64,000 bases of DNA from Acidimicrobiia bacterium (GTDB lineage Bacteria; Actinomycetota; Acidimicrobiia; Acidimicrobiales; Aldehydirespiratoraceae). Every line of letters starts with the position of its first letter. Position 1 is the first letter of the stretch. Both the position numbers and the translations under genes were made by a program. The notes under the pieces were generated by a model, which was not told the origin of the DNA, did no database searches, and saw nothing but the letters and a program-made list of their open reading frames with translations. The stretch lies in contig JAJEJB010000049.1 in NCBI GenBank assembly GCA_022828135.1, forward strand, positions 6,504 to 70,503. The letters run 5' to 3'. Shown one piece after another: positions 45,962-53,794 of the stretch.

Positions 45962-47985
45962 CCGGCGCGGTGCCCGCCCTGGAGCGGTCCGAGGCCTTGG
46001 CTCTGCACCGGACCATGGTGCTGATCAGGGTGTTCGAGAGCCGGGTCGAGGAGCTGTTCAAGGCGGGCAAGCTTCCCGGATTCGTCCACACCTACCTGGG
46101 CGAGGAGGCGATCGCGGCCGGCGTCTGTTCCCGCCTCGGGCCCGACGACTACATCACCTCCACCCACCGGGGTCACGGGCACGCCCTGGCCAAGGGCATG
46201 TCGCCCGCCGCGCTGACGGCCGAGCTCTACGGGCGGGCTGAGGGCGCCTGCCGGGGCCGGGGAGGCTCGATGCACGTGGCCGACTTCTCGCTGGGGATGC
46301 TGGGCGCCAACGGCATCGTCGGTGGCGGGTTCGGGATTGCCGCGGGTGCCGCGCTGGCGGCCCGTCACCGCGGCACCGATCACGTGGCGGTGTGCTTCTT
46401 CGGCGACGGCGGGATCAACAAGGGGACCTTCCACGAGGCCCTCAACTTCGCTTCGGTGCACCGGCTGGGCGTGGTGTACGTGTGTGAGAACAACCAGTAC
46501 GCCCAGTTCACCGCCCGCAGCCGGACCACATCGGTCGAGGACTTGGCCGTGAGGGCCACCGCCTACGGCATGGCGGGGGCGACTGTCGACGGCAACGACG
46601 TGGCCGCGGTGTCGGCCGCCGCGGCCGAGGCGGTCGAGCGGGCCCGCGGCGGGGAGGGTCCGACGCTGCTGAACATGGTCACCTACCGTCTCGGAGGCCA
46701 CTACGTGGGCGACGCCGAGGTGTACCGCGACGCCGGCGAGGTGGAGGAGCAACGCCGCCGCGACCCGATCCGGCGCTGGGAGGAGACGCTGGCCTCCATG
46801 GGCTGGCTCGACCCCGAGGACCGGGCCGCGGTGTGGGACGACGCCGCCGCGGTGGTGCGCGGCGCCGAGGAACGGGCCGAGACGGGACCCTTCCCCGACC
46901 CGGAGAGCGCCCTGGACGACGTGTTCACTCCGGCGCCGGCCGCCGCCGCGGGCTTTCGGAGGGGAGCCGTTGAGGCTCTACCAGCCGGCGATCCGGACGA
47001 TGCGGCGGCCGAGACCCGACGCATGACCTTCGGTCAGGCCACGGTCGATGCCATGGGCAGAGCCATGCGGGCCGACGACAGCGTGGTCGTGCTGGGAGAG
47101 GACATCTCCTGGGGCGGCAACTTCGGGCAGTTCCGCGGCCTGGTCGAAGAGTTCGCATCCCGCCGGGTGATCGACATGCCCATCTCGGAGGCGATCATCG
47201 TGGCCGTGGCGGTGGGCGCGGCCACCGCGGGGTTGCGTCCGGTGGCGTCGATTAGCTTCGTGGAGTTCACGCTGGGGGCCATGGACGAGATCGTCAACCA
47301 GGCCTCGAAGTTCCGGTACATGTTCGGCGGCCAGGTGTCGGTCCCGCTGGTGCTGCGGGCCTCCGACGGCGTGCTGCGCTCGTCCGCGTCCCAGCACTCC
47401 TCCAGCCTGGAGGGGCTGTTCACCCACCTGCCCGGCCTGAAGGTGGTGGCGCCGTCGAACCCGGCCGACGCCAAGGGCCTGCTTCGCACCGCCATCGACG
47501 ACCCCGACCCGGTCATCTACCTGGAGCACAAGAAGATCACCGCCCAGCGGGGCCCGGTCCCCACCGGCGACTATCGAGTGCCGCTGGGATCCGCGGCGGT
47601 GGCCCGCGCCGGCGCCGACGTGACCGTGGTGGCCTACTCGGCCATGGCCCTCAACGCCGTGGCCGCGGCGGAGCAGCTGGCCTCCGACGGCATCGACGTC
47701 GAGGTGATCGACCTGCGGTCGCTGGTGCCGCTCGACTTCGACACCGTGCTGCAGTCGGTGGCCCGCACCCGCCGGGCGGTGGTGGCCCACGAGGCGTGGC
47801 GCTTCGGCGGCTTCGGCGCCGAGTTGGCCGCCCAGTTGCATTCCGAGCTGTTCGGAGAGTTGGAGGCCCCGGTGGCCCGGGTCGGCGCAGCCTCGGCGCC
47901 GATCCCGTTCAGCCCACCCCTGGAGGCCGCCGTGGTCCCCGGCTCGGCTGAGGTGGCCGCTGCGGTACGATCCGTTCTGGCCTAA
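45958..47985 (+). CDS. fused 2-oxoacid (pyruvate/acetoin/branched-chain type) dehydrogenase E1 alpha-beta, TPP-dependent
   Basis: The alpha part has HRGHGHALAKG and GDGGINKG..ENNQY. The beta part starts at MTFGQATVDAMG (internal ATG 47023). The frame is open throughout, with an Ala/Pro-rich linker of about 30 aa. Confidence 0.85.
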   Translation: MTGAVPALERSEALALHRTMVLIRVFESRVEELFKAGKLPGFVHTYLGEEAIAAGVCSRLGPDDYITSTHRGHGHALAKGMSPAALTAELYGRAEGACRGRGGSMHVADFSLGMLGANGIVGGGFGIAAGAALAARHRGTDHVAVCFFGDGGINKGTFHEALNFASVHRLGVVYVCENNQYAQFTARSRTTSVEDLAVRATAYGMAGATVDGNDVAAVSAAAAEAVERARGGEGPTLLNMVTYRLGGHYVGDAEVYRDAGEVEEQRRRDPIRRWEETLASMGWLDPEDRAAVWDDAAAVVRGAEERAETGPFPDPESALDDVFTPAPAAAAGFRRGAVEALPAGDPDDAAAETRRMTFGQATVDAMGRAMRADDSVVVLGEDISWGGNFGQFRGLVEEFASRRVIDMPISEAIIVAVAVGAATAGLRPVASISFVEFTLGAMDEIVNQASKFRYMFGGQVSVPLVLRASDGVLRSSASQHSSSLEGLFTHLPGLKVVAPSNPADAKGLLRTAIDDPDPVIYLEHKKITAQRGPVPTGDYRVPLGSAAVARAGADVTVVAYSAMALNAVAAAEQLASDGIDVEVIDLRSLVPLDFDTVLQSVARTRRAVVAHEAWRFGGFGAELAAQLHSELFGELEAPVARVGAASAPIPFSPPLEAAVVPGSAEVAAAVRSVLA

Positions 47986-47994
47986 CTCTCGACT

Positions 47995-48528
47995 TCATCG
48001 CTCCCAGGCCCGTGTCCATTTGTCGCGGACCTCGGCCGGCAACCGGCTCGCCGCGTCGAGTGCCTTCTCGACAACCTCCTCGAGTGTCGGAGTTGGAGTT
48101 GATGACCCGAGTTGAGGAGCGATCCACCCCGACGATTCGATGAGTGGCGCTATCTCGTCGACCCGCGCTTCTAGCTGGTCGTCAACCAAGAGTAGGTCGA
48201 CCACAAGAGATACAGCAGTCGATTGTGTGCACCGGGCACCTTGCTCATTGAAGAGCAGTCCGTACATCCCAGCTACCTGCTCTCGGACGTCCGCGAGCTG
48301 ATCAAGCATCTTGATGGACGCTCGTTTTGTAAGGACCTCTTGACAGCTCGACTGAATGCGGCGAATCAGCCGAGTCTCGCATCCGAGGATGCCCAAGCCC
48401 TCGGCGTCGCTGTCGGACGCCGAACCGTCCGACAGACCTTCCTCGTCAGGGTCGAGGGTGTCGAGCCCGCGATCGAGTACCCCGAGCGCTATCGCGCTGC
48501 CTACCGCGCCGGGTTGGTAGGCGTCCAA
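47995..48528 (-). CDS. hypothetical acidic protein; start uncertain
   Basis: 177-aa ORF with a TTG start and protein-like composition, immediately downstream of the Abi_C-like gene. No motif recognised. Confidence 0.4.
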   Translation of the reverse strand: MDAYQPGAVGSAIALGVLDRGLDTLDPDEEGLSDGSASDSDAEGLGILGCETRLIRRIQSSCQEVLTKRASIKMLDQLADVREQVAGMYGLLFNEQGARCTQSTAVSLVVDLLLVDDQLEARVDEIAPLIESSGWIAPQLGSSTPTPTLEEVVEKALDAASRLPAEVRDKWTRAWER

Positions 48529-49042
48529 GCATCCATCGCGACCAGACGATTGGGGGCGTCGGTGGCGATCCGTGCTTGCTCTTCGACCACCGGGGTAGCT
48601 TGGCCCGTCCGTGCCCGGTACCGACCGCGTTTCGTAGCTGACCCAGTTCCGTCATGAGGCCCTTCGCGGACTGAGCCATCTTCCTCACCGCGTCATCCGA
48701 GCCGGCAAGGCCCTCACCGGGTTGTCGCTCGACCGCCTTGTGCGCCGCGGTGATTATCGAGGTGAAATCAGAACTGTCGCTCCGTATCCGACCGCGTACG
48801 TCGAGCACGACACGAGCCACGGATTCGGCAAGTTCCTTGGCGCAACCGATGACAGCGGAGAGGTCTCCGCGGCTCCGCGCATCATCCAGCCGCTCGGCAT
48901 GCGCCGAGATGGCAGCGCGGTGCTCGTCGTCCAGTTCCGAAGGGAGATCGATCTCGCTAAAGGTCACCGAGCCATTCTGGCGCGCGTGCCCCGCCTTCCC
49001 GAACCAGCCACTCGATCCTGGAAGGACGCAGGGATGGCCCAT
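48501..49042 (-). pseudogene. Abi_C-like HEPN-motif protein, interrupted by a 1-nt frameshift in a C4 run (48592-48595)
   Basis: The frame from ATG 49042 reads ...AKELAESVARVVLD...LGQLRNAVGTGHGRAKLP (Rx6H). After the C-run only the -1 frame stays protein-like (PVVEEQARIATDAPNRLVAMDAW..., stop at 48501). Confidence 0.55.
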
Positions 49043-49082
49043 AGTCGCAGCCTGCAGATGTTTGGCGACGTACGATCCGAGT

Positions 49083-49907
49083 GTGACCACGAAGCTGGTG
49101 CCGCAGTTCGATGAGCCGGTTTTTCGAGGCATCGCGGATGTCTTGGGCGCGACCGAGGACGGGCTCACCGGGGCCGAGATCGCACGAACACTGGTCCAGG
49201 TCCGCGCCCCCGATGTGAGTCCGACCATTACGAAGCGCCATCGGCTCTTCGACGCCCTCGCCGACCGGCAGAACAGGGACGGCGCTGGCAACTGCGTTGT
49301 AGCGTTCATGACGGCGGCTATGGCACCAGTCCGTTACCGCGACAACCCCGCCGCCTTCTCCCGTCGGCAGGACGAACTCAATCGAGTGCTGATCCACGCC
49401 GGCTACTGCATCACCGACGAGGGCAAGGTGGGGCGCGTCAGAGGCGGCAAGGCCACGACGCTGGATCAGGCGGCAGAGCGCGCGGGCACTATTCGCACTG
49501 AGTTGCGTCGTAGAGGCACCCACCCGGACCTGCTCCGCTACTGCACCATCGAGTTGCTGCAGAAGAACAACTTCCATGCTCTGCTGGAGGCGGCCAAGAG
49601 CATCCCTGATCGGATCCGGTCCCTGACCGGGCGGACCGGCGACGGAGGCGCATTGGTGCAGGCCACCCTTACGAACCGCAGCGGGCCGATGCTTGCAATA
49701 AACGCCGGAGCTACAGAGACCGACCGCAACGAACAGTCGGGATTCGCCAACCTCGTCACGGGACTCCTCGGGCTCTACCGCGGCCCCACAGCCCACGACC
49801 CCAGGCTGCACCGGGCCGTCAGCGACGAGGAACTACTCGAAGCGTTGACAGCCATGTCGATGGTACATCGTCGCCTCGACGGCGCGAGCGTCAAGAAATC
49901 CCCATGA
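49083..49907 (+). CDS. TIGR02391 (Hypoth_Ymh)-like HEPN-motif protein
   Basis: C-terminal LLQKNNFHALLEAAKSIPDRIRSLTG..DGGALV...NEQSGFANLVTGLLGLYRGPTAHDP (Rx4H) matches the family pattern as I recall it. The GTG start at 49083 is tentative. Confidence 0.65.
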   Translation: MTTKLVPQFDEPVFRGIADVLGATEDGLTGAEIARTLVQVRAPDVSPTITKRHRLFDALADRQNRDGAGNCVVAFMTAAMAPVRYRDNPAAFSRRQDELNRVLIHAGYCITDEGKVGRVRGGKATTLDQAAERAGTIRTELRRRGTHPDLLRYCTIELLQKNNFHALLEAAKSIPDRIRSLTGRTGDGGALVQATLTNRSGPMLAINAGATETDRNEQSGFANLVTGLLGLYRGPTAHDPRLHRAVSDEELLEALTAMSMVHRRLDGASVKKSP

Positions 49908-50284
49908 TCCGAAGCCCCGCCGTAGACAGGCCCGCCAATCGACGAGGCGCACGCCAGAAGCCTGAGCCTGAGCTGCTGTGCTCGCGCCGACCAACTCTCG
50001 AGTCTTGGCCGTGCACCGGTACCTGGGTCGGAGGCTCGACGCTAGATCGAATCGCACCTCTGGCCAGGACTTCCACAATCACTCGCCGCTGGACTTCGAG
50101 GCTAAGGGTGATCCCGACCACATGGCCGAACTCTCGTCAGCCATCTAAACAGGTTTCTCGAAGAGCGTGCGCCGCATCTTCTAGCAGGCTGCTGAAATAC
50201 GCGGGTTTGGCGACATCTGCACCCCTCTGACCTAGGGTTTTGTGTTGGCGAAACATGAGATTCGGTACTTTTTCAGCACCCCTG

Positions 50285-51400
50285 CTAGTGGTGTGTCGCG
50301 GGTTTGGTTGCGCGGTCTAGGGCGGCTGGGGCTCGTTTGACTTTGTCGATGACGGGTTGGGCTTGTTTGGTCCAGCGCAGGGGCTGGGGGTCGTGGTTCC
50401 AGTGCGCGGTCCAGTGTTCGATGGCGTGTTGGACCTCGGCGACGGAGCTGAAGGCTCGGCCTTTGAGGGCTTTGCGGGCGAGGATCGAGAACCAGCACTC
50501 GACGAGGTTGGCCCAGCTGGCGCTGGTGGGGGTGAAGTGCAGGTGCCAGCGCTCGCGGCGGGGGTCCGACAGCCATTCGCGCACCGGCTCGGACTTGTGG
50601 GCTGAGACGTTGTCCAATATGACGTGGACATGGAGGTGGCGCGGGGTGTGGCGGTCGATCTGCTTGAAGAACGCGAGCACGTCGTTTCCGGTGTGGCGGC
50701 GGCGGGTCTGGTGCAGCACCTCTCCGGTGGCGACGTTGAGGGCGGCGAACAGGTCGGTGGTGCCGTTGCGGCGGTAGTCGTGGGTGAGGGTGCGGTTGCG
50801 GCCCGGGCGCATCGGCAGCGACGGCTGGGTGCGGTCGATGGCCTGTATCTGGGTCTTCTCGTCGAAGCTGAACACCGCGGCCCCCTCGGGGGGCTTGAGG
50901 TACAGGCCGACCACGTCGTTGAGCTTGGCCTCGAAGTCGGGGTCAGCAGACAGCTTGAACACGTCGGCGCGCCACGGGCGCAGCCCCCGCTCGCGCCACA
51001 CCCGCGCCACGATGTCCTTGCCGACGCCGTGGCGGGCCGCCATCGAGCGCGTCGACCAGCACACAGCCCCCGCGGGCGGCTCGCCGAACAGCGTGTCGGA
51101 CACGATCTCCGCCTCCTCGGCCGCGTTCAGCGACCGCCGCGGGCCCCGGCCCGGCGCGACCGTGCCCAGCCACCCCAGCCCGCCCGCGGCGAACCCCCGC
51201 CGCCACGCCCGCACCGTGTTCGGCGCCACCCCCACCCGCCGGGCCGTCTCCTCGTTGGCCGCGCCGTCCGCGGCCAACAACAGCGCACGCGCCTGGCGCA
51301 CCACCCGAACCGGCTCCGACACCGAACGCGACAGCCGCTCCAACTCGGCGCGGTCCTCGCCTGAAACCGCCAACGGCGGCGCAATCATGCTCATACCCAC
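50285..51400 (-). CDS. IS630-family DDE transposase
   Basis: N-terminal HTH region, then FSFDEKTQ, ILDNVSAHK and ANLVECWF (DDE triad context). Confidence 0.9.
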   Translation of the reverse strand: MGMSMIAPPLAVSGEDRAELERLSRSVSEPVRVVRQARALLLAADGAANEETARRVGVAPNTVRAWRRGFAAGGLGWLGTVAPGRGPRRSLNAAEEAEIVSDTLFGEPPAGAVCWSTRSMAARHGVGKDIVARVWRERGLRPWRADVFKLSADPDFEAKLNDVVGLYLKPPEGAAVFSFDEKTQIQAIDRTQPSLPMRPGRNRTLTHDYRRNGTTDLFAALNVATGEVLHQTRRRHTGNDVLAFFKQIDRHTPRHLHVHVILDNVSAHKSEPVREWLSDPRRERWHLHFTPTSASWANLVECWFSILARKALKGRAFSSVAEVQHAIEHWTAHWNHDPQPLRWTKQAQPVIDKVKRAPAALDRATKPATHH

Positions 51401-51442
51401 ACACTAACCAACCCCGCAACCAAACACAAGACACACCACTGG
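50285..51442 (-). mobile_element. IS630-family insertion sequence (about 1.16 kb)
   Basis: The single transposase ORF spans almost the whole element. Imperfect terminal inverted repeats at 50285-50315 and 51412-51442 match at about 25 of 31 positions, including AGTGGTGTGTC and TTTGGTTGCG blocks. Confidence 0.8.
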
Positions 51443-51490
51443 CAAGTGCCAACGCATTGGTTGGAGGGGGGAAGGCCTCCCAGACTCGGG

Positions 51491-53794
51491 TCAGGTGGGG
51501 TTGTCTTGGTCGCTGAGGTAGAGGATGTCGCCCCTGACTTCCAGTCGTTTGCGCTCGCCTGCTTCGGGCAAGAATGCTTCGGCGATCTCGAGAGGGATCG
51601 GAATGAAGGTTCGATCCTTCGTGAGGATGGTTGACGTGATTCCGGGGCCGCCGCCGGCGGATTCGGATACAAGCCCGGGACAGAGGATGTCGTAGTAGAG
51701 GCCGAAGCGTCCGGAGTGGTGCTGGAACACGAACACAACTTTCCTGCCTCCCCAGACGACCTCCGTTGTATGTGGCTGCAGAAAGAAGTCGCCTCTTTGC
51801 CGCTGCACCCGGTCGCTCAGCGCCAGGAAGCAGGCGTATCCGTTCAACGCTGCTGGAGTGTCGCTCGTGAGGATGAGTGCATTGGTCTCTTCGTTCCTCC
51901 GGTCGATCGCGGGCCTTGGGGCGAAGGGCTCGGGAGCCGCGTCCTCGGGTTCGCCCTCGATCGCTCCAACGACTGATGAGAGGGGCTCGGTGCCGGCGGG
52001 ACTCACCTCGACGACCGATCTCGCGGTGTCGGCGACCTGTTTCGTTGCCTCTGCTAGCGTCAGTCGTCCCGCGCGAAGTTCCTCGAGGATTTCCTCAAGG
52101 TCCGCCTTGTCCTCCAGTTCGTATTCGAACCACTCTCGGTTGGAACGGAGGTGCCGCAAGAACGCTTCCGCTCCTTGCCTAGTGCTGCTGGGCACGAGTT
52201 CGGATATTCGCTGGAAGATGGATGAGCGCACGAAATCCTTCACAAAAGGCCCGAACGCTCCGAAATCGTCGCGATAGAGAGCTAGTAGGGGTGCAACGCT
52301 CGTGGAATTGGGGTCCAAGTGGATGAGAGGTGGCGCCTGCGTATCGTCGACCAGCAAGGGCAGGCCTCCTGAGATCACGCCGAATCGAATCTCGACTCCG
52401 AGAAAGTAGTCCTCCTCAAGTATTCGGGTAATACGAGTCGCGAGTGCCGAGTGGGCGTAGCTCTGGCTCGCAAGTGGTAGCTCCTCAGTGACCCGGGGCC
52501 TGTCGTCGACTTCCTGAACCCCTTTCGCGGCTAGGTAGCCTTGCTCGCAATCGCGCCGCGGTGCTCTCCGAGAAAGTACGACCAGCGGTTCGTCTTCGCT
52601 CGCGTATGCCTGGATCACCGAGGCATCGCGGCCGTCGTAGTAGCGGAGCCCGGCATGGTTGACCACCGACTCGATGGGCTGGGGCTGTCCAGCGGGGCGA
52701 GGGGTCACTTCTAACGGCCCGCAGAGTTCGAACTGCCTCGTGGCAGCGATCCACCGGAGGAAGCAGTCGTTCGCGAAGGACTCGGGATGCTGCGCTGCGA
52801 TCGGCGAGACGAGGTTGTCGAGGGCCGAGAGGACTTGCTGGAGCAACTGGCTTGAGGAAGCGTCAAGTGCCTCGCGGCCTGCCGTGGGGCTGAAGAACGG
52901 AAGGTCGACGACTCCGCCCCAGCGGTATGTGGATGGCGCACCAATGGTGGCGAGGCCGAAGCCTGACCGGAGGGTGCGGATTGCGTTGCGGTCTTGCAAC
53001 AGGACAATCGAGCCGGGACGGCCGATGCCGACTGCCGCCTTGATGTTGTCGAGAACGATGCGGAGCTCCCCCGAGCCCATGCCGATGACTTCCAAGTCGC
53101 CCTGAAGGATCCCGGGAATCGAGATGGCCGGACGGTGTTCTACCCAGGCATGCCTCTCGGATGGGAGGGCCTCCCGATGTCCAGAACCACTGATGTTCTC
53201 ACCGTTGAAGAGAACTGGGACGCCTACAAATTCGACAAAGTCTCCGAGGTACTGGCGAGCTTCTGGGACGGTTACGCGGCTGTCATCGGCGAGGTGGGCG
53301 CGCACGATGGTTCCTGGATGGCCGATCGGATTGATCGGTGTAACTGAGATACTCTCGGTATCGGTCGACAAGTCCGCTCTGCGTGCCGAGGACAGGGTGC
53401 GCTCGCCTGTTGCAGCTGACTCGCTCTCGACCGAGAGCTCGTCTGCGACGCCGAAATTCGCCAGCGCTCCGATACCGAAGGTCCCTACGACACCGGCAGC
53501 GCGAGCAGCGTCGGTGTTCTTGCTGCTTCTTCCCGCATGCCAGAAGTGCGTCTCTATCTCCTCGGCGGTCATTCCGATGCCGTTGTCGGTCACTGTGATC
53601 AGGTCGTCGCTCACCGTTACCTCGATCGAAGGAGCGAACTCGTCCGGTCGCGCTTCGCGCATTCGGATCGCATCAAATGCATTCTGTGTATTTTCCCGGA
53701 GAAGCGCGAGCGGTGACTGATAGATCTGGTCAGCTAGGAGTTTGAGGATCCGCGAGACCTCGACCTTGAGAGCGATCTTCCTAACTGGTTGCAT
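51491..53794 (-). CDS. Hsp90/GHKL-type ATPase (HATPase_c_3-like N-domain) with a roughly 570-aa uncharacterised extension
   Basis: N-box LRENTQNAFDA, G1 box DNGIGM, G2 box VGTFGIGALANFG. ATG at 53794 lies 9 nt after GAGGAGGA and overlaps the upstream stop by 14 nt. Confidence 0.8.
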   Translation of the reverse strand: MQPVRKIALKVEVSRILKLLADQIYQSPLALLRENTQNAFDAIRMREARPDEFAPSIEVTVSDDLITVTDNGIGMTAEEIETHFWHAGRSSKNTDAARAAGVVGTFGIGALANFGVADELSVESESAATGERTLSSARRADLSTDTESISVTPINPIGHPGTIVRAHLADDSRVTVPEARQYLGDFVEFVGVPVLFNGENISGSGHREALPSERHAWVEHRPAISIPGILQGDLEVIGMGSGELRIVLDNIKAAVGIGRPGSIVLLQDRNAIRTLRSGFGLATIGAPSTYRWGGVVDLPFFSPTAGREALDASSSQLLQQVLSALDNLVSPIAAQHPESFANDCFLRWIAATRQFELCGPLEVTPRPAGQPQPIESVVNHAGLRYYDGRDASVIQAYASEDEPLVVLSRRAPRRDCEQGYLAAKGVQEVDDRPRVTEELPLASQSYAHSALATRITRILEEDYFLGVEIRFGVISGGLPLLVDDTQAPPLIHLDPNSTSVAPLLALYRDDFGAFGPFVKDFVRSSIFQRISELVPSSTRQGAEAFLRHLRSNREWFEYELEDKADLEEILEELRAGRLTLAEATKQVADTARSVVEVSPAGTEPLSSVVGAIEGEPEDAAPEPFAPRPAIDRRNEETNALILTSDTPAALNGYACFLALSDRVQRQRGDFFLQPHTTEVVWGGRKVVFVFQHHSGRFGLYYDILCPGLVSESAGGGPGITSTILTKDRTFIPIPLEIAEAFLPEAGERKRLEVRGDILYLSDQDNPT

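Noticed and set aside
47023-47985. Calling E1 alpha and E1 beta as two separate genes.
   Set aside because: No stop codon exists between them in the given sequence. The internal ATG is noted as a possible secondary start only.
49904-50284. ORFs between the TIGR02391-like gene and the IS: 49904-50230(+), 49891-50121(-), 49833-50078(-).
   Set aside because: They overlap one another, their translations are basic and low-complexity, and they have no RBS or motifs. I treat the segment as non-coding or decayed sequence.
51443-51490. GGAGG...CCTCC short hairpin after the ATPase stop as a terminator.
   Set aside because: The stem is only about 5 bp with no U-tract, which is too weak to call.
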